From contig CAVUKA010000005.1 of NCBI GenBank assembly GCA_963741945.1, forward strand, positions 587,434 through 651,433: a stretch of DNA of 64,000 nt, given 5' to 3'. The translations under genes were made by a program, and so were the position numbers. Below the pieces are notes generated by a model that did not search any database, was not told the DNA's origin, and worked only from the letters and a program-made list of their open reading frames with translations. This DNA comes from an uncultured Gemmatimonadales bacterium (GTDB lineage: Bacteria; Gemmatimonadota; Gemmatimonadetes; Longimicrobiales; RSA9). Below, in pieces: positions 32,573 to 42,018 of this stretch; position 1 is the first letter of the stretch, and each line of letters opens with the position of its first letter.

Positions 32573-33814
32573 TCACGACAGCGCGCTCCACAGCGCCCGC
32601 AGCCCCAGCACGAGCGTGACCAGTACCACGGCCCCGCCCGCCAGGTTCATCACTCGCCCGTTCGCCCGCTCGCCCATGGCCGCACGGTCGTTCGCGGCCA
32701 CGAGCAGGAAGACCGCGAGCGCCGGCAGCAGGATCCCGTTGGCCACCTGGGCGAACAGGATGGCGGGGACCGGCCGCACGCCCAGCCCGGCGAACACGAT
32801 CCCGGCCGCGAGCACGCCCATCCACACGGCCCGGAACCTGACATCGTCGAAGCGGCGGGGCCAGCCGAGCGCGCCGGCCGTGGCGTAGGCGGCGGCGAGC
32901 GGCGCCGTGATCGCCGACGTCAGCCCGGCCGCGAGCAGCCCGGCGGCGAAGAAGTACTTCGCCCACGACCCCAGGAGCGGCTCCAGCTGGACGGCCATGT
33001 CCGCGGCACCGTGGATCCCCGCCGCTCCCCCCGCGTCCGCCGCCATGGCGGCCGCGGTGGCGACGATCGCCATGGAAACCGCGGCGCCGATGATGATGCT
33101 GACGCCCAGGTCGATCCGGGCCGCGTTCAGGTCCTCGGGCCCGGCGAACCGCTCCCGGACCGCAGCCGCGTGCAGGAACAGGTTGTACGGCACCACGGTG
33201 GTGCCCACGAGCCCCGCCACGTACAGCACGCCCGCGCCGCCTGGGATGCCTGGGACGAACATGCCGTGCAGCAGACTGGCCAGCGGCGGGCGCGTGACCA
33301 CGGCAGTGGCGAGGAACGCCATGGACATGAGCCCCACGAGCACCACCAGCACCCGCTCCACCACCCGGTAGCTGCCGGTCCGCAGCAGCAGGTAGGCCGC
33401 GAGCCCGGCGAGGATCGCCCAGGTCCGCGGCGTGGCGCCCCAGACCGCTTCGGCGCCGAGGCCGGCACCCAGGAGGTTGCCCGTTTCGTACGCGGCGTTC
33501 CCGAGCGCGATGGCCGCGATCACGAGCCCCACCGCCGCGCCGCGCGAGAACCGCCCCGTGAACCGCCGCCGCACCGCCTCGCCCAGCCCCTCCCCCGTGA
33601 CCAGCCCCAGGCGCGCGGCCATCTCCTGGAGCACCAGCGTGGCCAGCAGCGAGAACGTGAGCGCCCACAGCAGCGCGTAGCCGTAGCCCACCCCCGCGAG
33701 CGTGGCCGTGGTCACGGTACCGGGGCCGATGAACGCCGCCGCCACCACGGCACCCGGGCCGAAGCGGATGCGACGCCGACTCCTCGCGGGAGCGGCCGCG
33801 GCCGACGCCTTCAC
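32573..33814 (-). CDS. NRAMP-family divalent metal transporter
   Basis: GPGAVVAAAFIGPGTVTT, LQEMAARLG, GTTVVPYNLFLH, AQVANG; probable GTG start at 33814. Confidence 0.88.
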   Translation of the reverse strand: MKASAAAAPARSRRRIRFGPGAVVAAAFIGPGTVTTATLAGVGYGYALLWALTFSLLATLVLQEMAARLGLVTGEGLGEAVRRRFTGRFSRGAAVGLVIAAIALGNAAYETGNLLGAGLGAEAVWGATPRTWAILAGLAAYLLLRTGSYRVVERVLVVLVGLMSMAFLATAVVTRPPLASLLHGMFVPGIPGGAGVLYVAGLVGTTVVPYNLFLHAAAVRERFAGPEDLNAARIDLGVSIIIGAAVSMAIVATAAAMAADAGGAAGIHGAADMAVQLEPLLGSWAKYFFAAGLLAAGLTSAITAPLAAAYATAGALGWPRRFDDVRFRAVWMGVLAAGIVFAGLGVRPVPAILFAQVANGILLPALAVFLLVAANDRAAMGERANGRVMNLAGGAVVLVTLVLGLRALWSALS

Positions 33815-33821
33815 CCGGCCT

Positions 33822-34850
33822 TCACCCCAGTGCCTCGATGTTGACGGGCGGGCCATCGGGCGATCCGACGCGCAGCTGCGCCGGCGGCTCCACCTCCCGA
33901 CGGACGTAGCCCAGCCCCAGCGCGCCGGCTTCGTTCGCCACGGCGCTGGTGATGACGCCCCTGGAGCGCCCGGTCTCGGGATCGAACAGCTCCGTGCCCG
34001 GCTCGGGCGCGCCTTCCGCGAACTCCAGCCGCCGCAGCTCCCGGTTGACGTGCCCCCGGTGCAGGATCCGCACGATCACTTCCTGGCCCGTGTAGCACCC
34101 CTTGGTCCGGCTGATCGCGCGCTCCAGCAGCCCGGCCTCGAGCGGGATCACCCCGTCCGTCAGCTCACGCCCCCAGCGCGGCCGCCCGGCCATCACCCTC
34201 AGCGCTTCCAGCGCTTCCGGCGACCCCGGCCTCGCCCCCGCTTCGGCCAGGCCAGAGACGACGGCGTCGGCCAGACCGGACGCGTCAGGCCCGAGGAAGA
34301 AGTCCCAGCCATCGTCGCCGGTGAGGAGCGTATGGACCGCGAATCCCGCCCCCCCCGCGTCGCCCAGCGGGACCACCGCCTCTTCCGGCGACGCCGGGTC
34401 GAACGCGCCGACTTCCGCCGGGTCCCCGGGGCTCGCCGCCGCCACGTCCGTCGTGGCCGCCGCAGCCGCCGCGGCCGCGCTCGCTCCATCCCCGTAGACG
34501 CCGATCACACGCCAGCCGTCGCTCACGTCCGCCGCCCGCGCGAACAGCGGTGGGACGAACCGTCGCAGGTGCTCCTGGAGCGGCTCGAGGGCGTCGGGCG
34601 CCACGTCCAGCAGCAGCGACGGGCCCTCGCCCGCTTCCGCGCGCAGGAACACGCGGGCGTCCGCCACCATCTTCCCTTTCGGCGTCAGGAACGTGGTGTA
34701 AACGCCGCGCGTGGGCGAGGCGGCGAGGATGTCGGCGCTGGCCAGGCCGTGGATCATGCGGACCGGATCGCGGCCACGGACCGCGAGCAGGCCCCTGGAC
34801 CGCTCGAGGAGCAGCGGCCGGGTCAATGGCCGGGTCACTGGCCGGGTCAC
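33822..34850 (-). CDS. ygfZ: YgfZ/GcvT folate-binding protein
   Basis: Signature KGCYTGQEV, FLTPKGKM, IPLEAGL. Confidence 0.88.
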   Translation of the reverse strand: MTRPVTRPLTRPLLLERSRGLLAVRGRDPVRMIHGLASADILAASPTRGVYTTFLTPKGKMVADARVFLRAEAGEGPSLLLDVAPDALEPLQEHLRRFVPPLFARAADVSDGWRVIGVYGDGASAAAAAAAATTDVAAASPGDPAEVGAFDPASPEEAVVPLGDAGGAGFAVHTLLTGDDGWDFFLGPDASGLADAVVSGLAEAGARPGSPEALEALRVMAGRPRWGRELTDGVIPLEAGLLERAISRTKGCYTGQEVIVRILHRGHVNRELRRLEFAEGAPEPGTELFDPETGRSRGVITSAVANEAGALGLGYVRREVEPPAQLRVGSPDGPPVNIEALG

Positions 34851-35671
34851 TGGCCGGGGCGCGACAGGTCGGCGATCAGGGAGCGCACGCGCTGGGCGTC
34901 GGGCGCGGTGGGCACGAAGTCGAGGTACCTCTCCAGGTCCGCCACGGCCTCATCTCGCCGCCCCGTACGCGCCAGCAGGAGCCCGCGGTCGCGGAGCTCG
35001 ACGCCGGCGCCAGGGCGCAGCATCAGGATCCGGTCCACGGCGGCCAGCGCCCGGACGTCGTCGCGGGCGTTCAGATAGATCCCCTTGAGATTCGTCAGGA
35101 CGCGGGCGAGGATATCCACTTTCGCGGCGGGCTGCAGGAACTCCGGCCGCATGGTCACCATCCCGCCGTAGACGCGGTCCAGCAGGTCCTGCCCCTCATC
35201 CTCCCAGCGCACCCGCCCGGCGTCGAACGGGTCCACCAGCAGGCGCGCGATCTCGCCCTCGTACCGGACCAGGAAGTGGCCGGGGAAGTTGATCCCGGAC
35301 AGCGGCAGCCCCACGCGTCGCCCCACTTCCAGTACCACGATCCCCAGCGTGATCGGGATCCCCAGTCGGCGGTCCAGCACGTCGTTCAGGAAGGAGTTGC
35401 GCGGGTCGTAGTACGCGTCCGCGTTGCCCGCGAACCCTTCCTCCCCGAACAGCACCACGCACAGCTCCTGGAGGACCACCGGCGCCGCCGTTTCGCCCGC
35501 CAGCCGGTCCTGCACGCGCTGCGCGAGCAGGTCCAGCCGCCGCAGGTACGGCGCCACCCTGAGCTGCGGATACTCCTCCGCCGCGATCAGGAGCGCGCCC
35601 ACCGCCAGGTCGATCTGCGACTCCGGCATCGCGACCAGATCGGCGAGCCTCTGTCGGGGGGTCATGGTCAT
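34847..35671 (-). CDS. SirB1-family transglutaminase-like protein with TPR
   Basis: YYDPRNSFLNDVLDRRLGIPITL, NFPGHFL, ELRDRGLL. Confidence 0.88.
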   Translation of the reverse strand: MTMTPRQRLADLVAMPESQIDLAVGALLIAAEEYPQLRVAPYLRRLDLLAQRVQDRLAGETAAPVVLQELCVVLFGEEGFAGNADAYYDPRNSFLNDVLDRRLGIPITLGIVVLEVGRRVGLPLSGINFPGHFLVRYEGEIARLLVDPFDAGRVRWEDEGQDLLDRVYGGMVTMRPEFLQPAAKVDILARVLTNLKGIYLNARDDVRALAAVDRILMLRPGAGVELRDRGLLLARTGRRDEAVADLERYLDFVPTAPDAQRVRSLIADLSRPGQ

Positions 35672-35751
35672 GACGTGAACCTAAGCCGCGTCCCACGGCA
35701 CGGGCAACGCCGGCCACCCGCGGCGCCACCCCACCTTCGGCCAGCCCCCGA

Positions 35752-36033
35752 TCAGGCCGCCCTCTGGTCCGGTCCACCGCTGCTCCCCGGACTCAGGTCG
35801 AGCGCCGCGGCCCGCTTGCAGTCGTGGCAGTACAGGACCACCGTGTAATCGCCGTCGGGCTCGGCCGCACGCACGACACCATCCTGGATGCCGTCCACAT
35901 CGAGGTACGCGATCACCTCCATGGTCCCGGGCCCGCACGTGGGACAGGGGACATCGGATGGGTCGTGCAGGTAATTCAACGCCAGGGACAGCCCCTCTGC
36001 GTTTGTGTATTCGGGCATATTCTGGTCCGTCAT
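35752..36033 (-). CDS. Small hypothetical zinc-ribbon protein
   Basis: CPTC and CHDC pairs; RBS aggaaggag upstream of the ATG at 36033. Confidence 0.7.
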   Translation of the reverse strand: MTDQNMPEYTNAEGLSLALNYLHDPSDVPCPTCGPGTMEVIAYLDVDGIQDGVVRAAEPDGDYTVVLYCHDCKRAAALDLSPGSSGGPDQRAA

Positions 36034-36153
36034 CGTCGTCTCCTTCCTGGGCTGTACAGAGGGGCAACATCCGTTCCCTCGCCCGGGGCGCCAACAGGCC
36101 ACCGCGGGCGCCCCATCCGATCACGCGGAGAACGCGGAGAACCGCAACGACGT

Positions 36154-36900
36154 TTCACGCGAAGACGCGGAGAACGCGGAGGGCATCGAGCGCGGGGAGA
36201 CTGTGGCGGCCGGGCACCCTCCCGGGCGAGGCTTCCCCGGGAACGGCATTCACGCGAAGACGCGGAGAACGCGGAGGGCATCGAGCGCGGGGAGACTGTG
36301 GCGGCCGGGCACCCTCCCGGGCGAGGCTTCCCCGGGAACGGCATTCACGCGAAGACGCGGAGAACGCGGAGGGCATCGAGCGCGGGGAGACTGTGGCGGC
36401 CGGGCACCCTCCCGGGCGAGGCTTCCCCGGGAACGGCATTCACGCGAAGACGCGGAGAACGCGGAGGGCATCGAGCGCGGGGAGACTGTGGCGGCCGGGC
36501 ACCCTCCCGGGCGAGGCTTCCCCGGGAACGGCATTCACGCGAAGACGCGGAGAACGCGGAGGGCATCGAGCGCGGGGAGACTGTGGCGGCCGGGCACCCT
36601 CCCGGGCGAGGCTTCCCCGGGAACGGCATTCACGCGAAGACGCGGAGAACGCGGAGGGCATCGAGCGCGGGGAGACTGTGGCGGCCGGGCACCCTCCCGG
36701 GCGAGGCTTCCCCGGGAACGGCATTCACGCGAAGACGCGGAGAACGCGGAGGGCATCGAGCGCGGGGAGACTGTGGCGGCCGGGCACCCTCCCGGGCGAG
36801 GCTTCCCCGGGAACGGCATTCACGCGAAGACGCGGAGAACGCGGAGGGCATCGAGCGCGGGGAGACTGTGGCGGCCGGGCACCCTCCCGGGCGAGGCTTC
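36154..36900 (+). repeat. Perfect tandem repeat, 95-bp unit, 7 full copies + 82-bp partial
   Basis: Units start at 36154, 36249, 36344, 36439, 36534, 36629, 36724 and 36819; each begins TTCACGCGAAGACGCGGAGAACGCGGAG. Confidence 0.97.
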
Positions 36901-36966
36901 GAAAATGGGGATCACGGGCACCATCGATGCCGCTGGAAGCCGAGCCGTTGCCTGCCCCGACAGACC

Positions 36967-37141
36967 CTCCGCGTTCTTCGCGTCTCCGCGTGAAACGTTG
37001 TTGCGGTTCTCCGCGTTCTTCGCGTCTCCGCGTGAAACGTTGTTGCGGTTCTCCGCGTTCTTCGCGTCTCCGCGTGAAACGTTGTTGCGGTTCTCCGCGT
37101 TCTTCGCGTCTCCGCGTGAAACGTTGTTGCGGTTCTCCGCG
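36967..37141 (-). repeat. Tandem repeat, 42-bp unit x4, inverted relative to the 95-bp array
   Basis: ctccgcgttcttcgcgtctccgcgtgaaacgttgttgcggtt at 36967, 37009, 37051 and 37093. Confidence 0.95.
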
Positions 37142-37215
37142 TGCTTCGTGTGGGCCGGGCGGGCGGCGGGGGGCACCCCTTTCGACCGGGCCCCGGCTGT
37201 CCTACCATGCCCCCC

Positions 37216-38295
37216 ATGTCCAGCCACGAGATCGTCCGACTCACGGCCCTGAGCCACGGCGCCGGCTGAGCGTGCAAGCTCGGCTCGGCCGAGCTGGCGC
37301 ACGTGCTGCGTCGATTCGTCCCGGCGGATGACCCGGCGGTGCTGGTGGATGCCAGCACTGCCGACGACGCCGCTGTCTACCGTCTCGATGGGGACCGCGC
37401 CCTCGTCGTCACGGCGGACTTCTTCACGCCCATCGTGGACGACCCCTTCGACTTCGGGCGGATCGCCGCGGCCAACGCGCTGTCGGACATCTACGCCATG
37501 GGTGCCCGCCCGCTCCTGGCGCTCAACCTGGTGGCCTTCCCCCGGGACCTGCTCGACCACGGCATCCTGGAGCGGATCCTGGAAGGCGGCGGCGAGGTGG
37601 TGCGGGCGGCGGGCGCCGTGGTGCTGGGCGGCCATTCCATCGACGACCCCGAGCCGAAGTACGGGCTGTGCGTGGTGGGCGAGGTCCGGCCGGACCAGGT
37701 GGTGCGGAACTCCACCGCTCGCGCCGGTGACGCGCTCGTGCTGACGAAAGCGCTCGGCACCGGGATCATCGGGACGGCGGTGAAGGCGGGGCAGGCGTCG
37801 CCGGGCGTGCTGGAGGCCGCCGTCGCAAGCATGACCACGCTCAACCGCGCGGCCGCGGAAGCCATGCGCCGCCACGGCGTCCACGCGTGCACGGACGTGA
37901 CCGGGTTCGGCCTGCTCGGTCACCTGAGGGAGCTCGCGCTGGCCAGCGGACTGGCCGCGCGCGTGGATCCAGCCATGGTGCCGCTGCTCCCTGGCGTGCG
38001 TCCGCTGGTGGAAGCGGGGCATGTCCCGGGCGGGACGACCCGCAACCGGGCCGACGTGGCGGAGTTCATGGACTGGGGCGGTGCCGACGAGGTCACCCGC
38101 ACGCTCCTCACGGATGCGCAGACTTCCGGTGGCCTCCTGATCGCGCTGCCACCCGAAGATGCCCGCGCGCTCGTGGCCGGGCTGCGGTCTCCGGACGATG
38201 AAGCGGGCGCCGCCGGTGAGTCGGCCGCGCCCGCCATCGTCGGGGAGCTGCGCGCGGGGGAGCCGGGCGCCATCACGCTCGGGCCCGCGGACTGA
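37216..38295 (+). CDS. selD: Selenide, water dikinase (selenophosphate synthetase), selenocysteine-containing
   Basis: MSSHEIVRLTALSHGAG-UGA-ACKL in frame with the 37303-38295 ORF; DDAAVY, DFFTPIVDDP, ANALSDIYAMG, GGHSI, TDVTGFGLLGHL, DAQTSGGLL. Confidence 0.95.
37271..37303 (+). promoter_or_regulatory. Bacterial SECIS-like hairpin immediately 3' of the Sec UGA
   Basis: Upper stem agctcggc(37277-84)/gccgagct(37288-95), loop tcg; lower stem cgtgc(37271-75)/gcacg(37299-303). Confidence 0.7.
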
Positions 38296-38356
38296 TTTCC
38301 GCCCGCTACAGCTCCTCGTCCGCTACTGATCTCCGCTCGCTACAACTGTGCGCCCG

Positions 38357-38908
38357 CTACAGCGTGGTCGCCCCCTCGTTCTGGAACGCCACGGTGAGCG
38401 TGCCGGGCGTGGGGTCGAACAGCTGCTCGTCGGCGTAGAGAGTCGGGAAGAGCTCGAGCAGGCGGGCGCGCGGGATCTCGGCAATGCCGGTGTGCGTCAG
38501 CGTCATGGCCTCCGCGTCCCAGTCCAGCTCCAGCCGCTCGGGGAGGAGCAGCTCGTTGGCGGCGTCCTTGTTGCCGAACACGAGCCTCAGCCCCGCGGCC
38601 GTGCGCGTCACGTTCCCGGTGGCCGTACGGATGAGGTGTGTGGACGGGTCGACGAACGCGATCTGGAACACGCCCGTCTGCGAGATCACCAGCTGCGGCT
38701 GCGTGCTCTCGATCAGCGGCAGCACGTTCGCTTCCGGCGCCGATCCCTGGGGATCGAAGCGGAGCGCCGTGAGCGAGTAGATCCCCACCATGTCCGGCTC
38801 GATCTTGAGTCCCGTGGGCCCGCTGTCGCCGCACGCCGTGGCGCCCGCGAGCATGGCGAACGCCAGGACCACGAGCCCCACCGCGCGATTGCGCCGGTGA
38901 CCGTGCAT
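38357..38908 (-). CDS. Putative lipoprotein
   Basis: Basic N-terminus, hydrophobic stretch, lipobox-like ATA-C followed by GDSGPTG; start may be 38923. Confidence 0.7.
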   Translation of the reverse strand: MHGHRRNRAVGLVVLAFAMLAGATACGDSGPTGLKIEPDMVGIYSLTALRFDPQGSAPEANVLPLIESTQPQLVISQTGVFQIAFVDPSTHLIRTATGNVTRTAAGLRLVFGNKDAANELLLPERLELDWDAEAMTLTHTGIAEIPRARLLELFPTLYADEQLFDPTPGTLTVAFQNEGATTL

Positions 38909-38927
38909 ACCGTCCTCCTTCATGTCC

Positions 38928-40361
38928 TCAGATGTGAAGCGCGTGCCCGAGCGAGCTCAGCGCCGCCTCCGCGATCGCTTCGGACAGCGTTGGGTGCGGA
39001 TGCATGGCCCGGTCCATTTCCTCGGCCGTGGTCTCCAGGTGCCGCCCAACGATCAGCTCGCCGATCAGCTCACTGGCGTGCGGACCCACGATGTGCGCCC
39101 CCAGCACCTCGCCGTACTTCCGGTCCCGGATGATCTTCACGAACCCGTCCGTCTCCCCCGCCGTACGGGCGCGGCCGTTGGCGCTGAACGGGAACTTGCC
39201 CACGTCGATCTCGTGGCCGGCCTCCTTCGCCTGCGCTTCCGTCATCCCGCACGACGCCACTTCCGGGTGGCAGTAGGTCACCGCCGGGATGTTGCCGTAG
39301 TCGACGCCCGCGTGCTCGTCGCCGGCCATCCCCTCCACGGCCGCGATCCCCTCGTGCGACGCCTTGTGCGCCAGCAGCGGCGGTCCCGCGCAGTCGCCAA
39401 TGGCGTAGATGCCGTCCACGTTCGTGCGCATCTTCGCATCGATCTTGATGAAGCCGTTCTCCAGCTTCACGCCGACCTTGTCGAGGCCGATGTCGTCCGT
39501 GATCGGTGCGCGGCCCACGGCCACCAGCACCCGCTCCACGTCCACCTGCTGCGTCTCCCCCTTCTTCGTCTGAACGAACAGCTTGACCTTGGTCTTCAGG
39601 ACTTCCGCCTTCTCCAGGCGAGCGCCCTCCATGAGCGTGATGCCGCGCTTCTTGTACGCCCGCGCCACCGCCTTCGACGACTCCTCGTCCTCCAGCGGGA
39701 GGATCCTGTCCAGCGCTTCGATGATCGTCACTTCCGAGCCGAACGACGCGAACACGTCCGCGAACTCCATCCCGATGGCGCCCGCGCCGATGATGCCGAT
39801 GGACTTCGGCACCTCGGGCGCGTACACGGCGTGGTCGCTGCTCCACACCCGGTCCCCATCGATCTTCAGCATCGGCAGCGACTTGGGCCGCGAGCCCGTG
39901 GCGACGATGATGTTCTTCGCCTGCAGCGTCCGCTTCTCGCCCTTCGATTCCGGGGCCTCGTCGCCATGCCCCGCGTTCTTCCCGGGCTCCACCTCGACCT
40001 GACCCTTGCCGACGATCCGGCCCCAGCCGGCGATGTGCTCCACACCGTTCTTCTTGAACAGGTACGCCGTCCCCTTGGCTCCCTGCCCCGCCACTTCCGC
40101 CGCCCGCTTCGCCGCCACGCCGATGTCCAGCTTGACGTCACCCACCGTGATGCCGAAGTCGCCCAGCTCACTCACCTTCTTCGCGTGCTTGGCGCTCTCC
40201 AGCATGGCCTTCGTCGGGATGCACCCCCAGTTGTTGCACACCCCTCCCAGCTTCTGCGCTTCCACGCACGCCACCTTCATCCCGAGCTGCGCCGCCCGGA
40301 TCGCCGCGACGTAGCCACCCGGGCCGCCGCCGATCACCACAACGTCATACTGTTCCGCCAC
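38928..40361 (-). CDS. lpdA: Dihydrolipoamide dehydrogenase (E3)
   Basis: GGGPGGYVAA, GGVCNNWGCIPTK, GAGAIG, HPHPTLSE. Confidence 0.97.
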   Translation of the reverse strand: MAEQYDVVVIGGGPGGYVAAIRAAQLGMKVACVEAQKLGGVCNNWGCIPTKAMLESAKHAKKVSELGDFGITVGDVKLDIGVAAKRAAEVAGQGAKGTAYLFKKNGVEHIAGWGRIVGKGQVEVEPGKNAGHGDEAPESKGEKRTLQAKNIIVATGSRPKSLPMLKIDGDRVWSSDHAVYAPEVPKSIGIIGAGAIGMEFADVFASFGSEVTIIEALDRILPLEDEESSKAVARAYKKRGITLMEGARLEKAEVLKTKVKLFVQTKKGETQQVDVERVLVAVGRAPITDDIGLDKVGVKLENGFIKIDAKMRTNVDGIYAIGDCAGPPLLAHKASHEGIAAVEGMAGDEHAGVDYGNIPAVTYCHPEVASCGMTEAQAKEAGHEIDVGKFPFSANGRARTAGETDGFVKIIRDRKYGEVLGAHIVGPHASELIGELIVGRHLETTAEEMDRAMHPHPTLSEAIAEAALSSLGHALHI

Positions 40362-40539
40362 GCGGTACCTCGCCGATTGGGTTCGTCAGGTCGTGAACGT
40401 AAGTGGGCTGCGGGGCTGAAGCCACGGAAGCACGAAGCCACGATGTGGCCGCCGCGCGGCGCGCGGCTTGCCTCGGTCCTCCCGCAACTCCGGTTCCGGA
40501 GCACGCATGAATAGTGATCCGTCCTTCGTGTCTTCCCGC

Positions 40540-42018
40540 CTAGGCAAGCACCATCGCCGGCTCCTCCAGGAACCCGGTCAGCGTCTGGAGGAAGCGCGCG
40601 CCCGTGGCGCCATCCACCACCCGGTGGTCGCAGCTCATGGTCATCTTCAGCCGGGGCGCGATCATCGCCTCGCCTTCTTCCACCACCACCCGGTCCTCGA
40701 CCTTGCCCACGGCCAGGATGGCCGCCTCGGGCGGGTTGATGATGGCCGTGAACTCCTCGATGCCGAACATGCCCAGATTCGAGATGGAGAACGTGGCGCC
40801 CGTGTACTCGTCCGGCTGGAGCTTCTTCTCCCGCGCCCGCCCGGCCATCTCCCGCACCTCCGCCCCGATCTGCGCCGCGCCCTTCAGGTCGGCGTCCCGC
40901 ACCACCGGCGTGATGAGCCCGTCCTCGACGGCCACGGCCACGCCCATGTGGACCCGGTGGTAGCGCTTGATGTGGTCCTCGTGCCACGCGGCGTTGACTT
41001 CCGGATGACGCTTGAGCGCCAGCGCCGTCGCCTTGATGAGAAGGTCGTTGACGCTGACTTTCAGCCCCTGCTTCTCCAGTGCGGCGTTCATCCGCTCGCG
41101 CGCTTCCATCATGCGCGTCATGTCCACGTCCACCGTCAGGTAGAACGTGGGCACCGGACCGATGCTCGTGACCAGCCGCTTCGCGATGGTCTTCCGCATC
41201 TGCGTGACCGGGACTTCCTCGACTTCGGGACCCTGGTAGACCGGCTGGACGAACCGGCCGGCGACGCCGCCACCCGCTCCCGCGCCGGCGGCCGGTCCGG
41301 GCGCTCCGGCCCCGCCGCGCGCTCCGGGCGAGGCCGCAGCCGCGGGCGACGTCGCCAGCCCCTGCTCGAGCGCCGCTTCGATGTCCCGCTTCGTGATGCG
41401 GCCGCCGGGGCCCGACCCCTCCACCCTGTCCAGCTCGAGTCCTGCCTCGTCCGCCAGCCGGCGGGCCAGCGGCGACGCCTTCACCCGCCCGTTCCCGCCG
41501 CGCGACGTCCCGGCGCCGGTGCCACCCGCCTCGCCCTGTGCGGGCGCGGGTGTGGCCGGCCGGGCCGATGCGTCGGCGGCGTCATCCACGCCCGCCGCCG
41601 CCCGGTCGCGCTCGGACTCCCCGGCTGCGGCCACGGCCGCGGCGCCGCGGGAGACCTCGTCGCCGGACGCCTCGGCCTGGGCCTCCGCCTCCGCCTTCCC
41701 CTCCGCTTCCGCCGGCTCCGCCGGCCGCGCCGCTTCCTCGCCCTCGGTGGAGGCCTGGACGAGGTCGGAGATGTCCTCGTCGGCGGCCGCGATCACGCCG
41801 ATGACGGTGCCCACCGGCGCGGTGTCGCCCTGGGAGAGGATGCGCTTCCGGAGCACACCGGAGCCGCGGGCCACCAGCTCCATGGTGGCCTTGTCCGTCT
41901 CGATCTCGGCGAGCACGTCACCTTCGGCGACCTCGTCCCCCTCGCCCTTGAGCCAGCGGACCAGCTGCCCCTCCTCCATGGTCGGGGACAGCGCCTCCAT
42001 GTGGACCTTGGTCGCCAT
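40540..42018 (-). CDS. pdhC: Pyruvate dehydrogenase E2 dihydrolipoamide acetyltransferase
   Basis: LSPTMEEG, lipoyl ETDKA, ASPLARRLA E3-binding domain, ISNLGM, DHRVVDG. Confidence 0.96.
   Translation of the reverse strand: MATKVHMEALSPTMEEGQLVRWLKGEGDEVAEGDVLAEIETDKATMELVARGSGVLRKRILSQGDTAPVGTVIGVIAAADEDISDLVQASTEGEEAARPAEPAEAEGKAEAEAQAEASGDEVSRGAAAVAAAGESERDRAAAGVDDAADASARPATPAPAQGEAGGTGAGTSRGGNGRVKASPLARRLADEAGLELDRVEGSGPGGRITKRDIEAALEQGLATSPAAAASPGARGGAGAPGPAAGAGAGGGVAGRFVQPVYQGPEVEEVPVTQMRKTIAKRLVTSIGPVPTFYLTVDVDMTRMMEARERMNAALEKQGLKVSVNDLLIKATALALKRHPEVNAAWHEDHIKRYHRVHMGVAVAVEDGLITPVVRDADLKGAAQIGAEVREMAGRAREKKLQPDEYTGATFSISNLGMFGIEEFTAIINPPEAAILAVGKVEDRVVVEEGEAMIAPRLKMTMSCDHRVVDGATGARFLQTLTGFLEEPAMVLA

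Noticed and set aside
36154-37141. CRISPR array
   Set aside because: Units are identical with no unique spacers, and no cas genes are present in the window.
37267-37269. selD as a nonsense pseudogene
   Set aside because: The UGA falls exactly at the catalytic Cys/Sec position and is followed by a SECIS-like hairpin.
35824-37331. Long ORFs across the repeat arrays (389, 457, 415 and 94 aa)
   Set aside because: Translations simply cycle through the frames of a stop-free 95-bp repeat; no evidence of coding.
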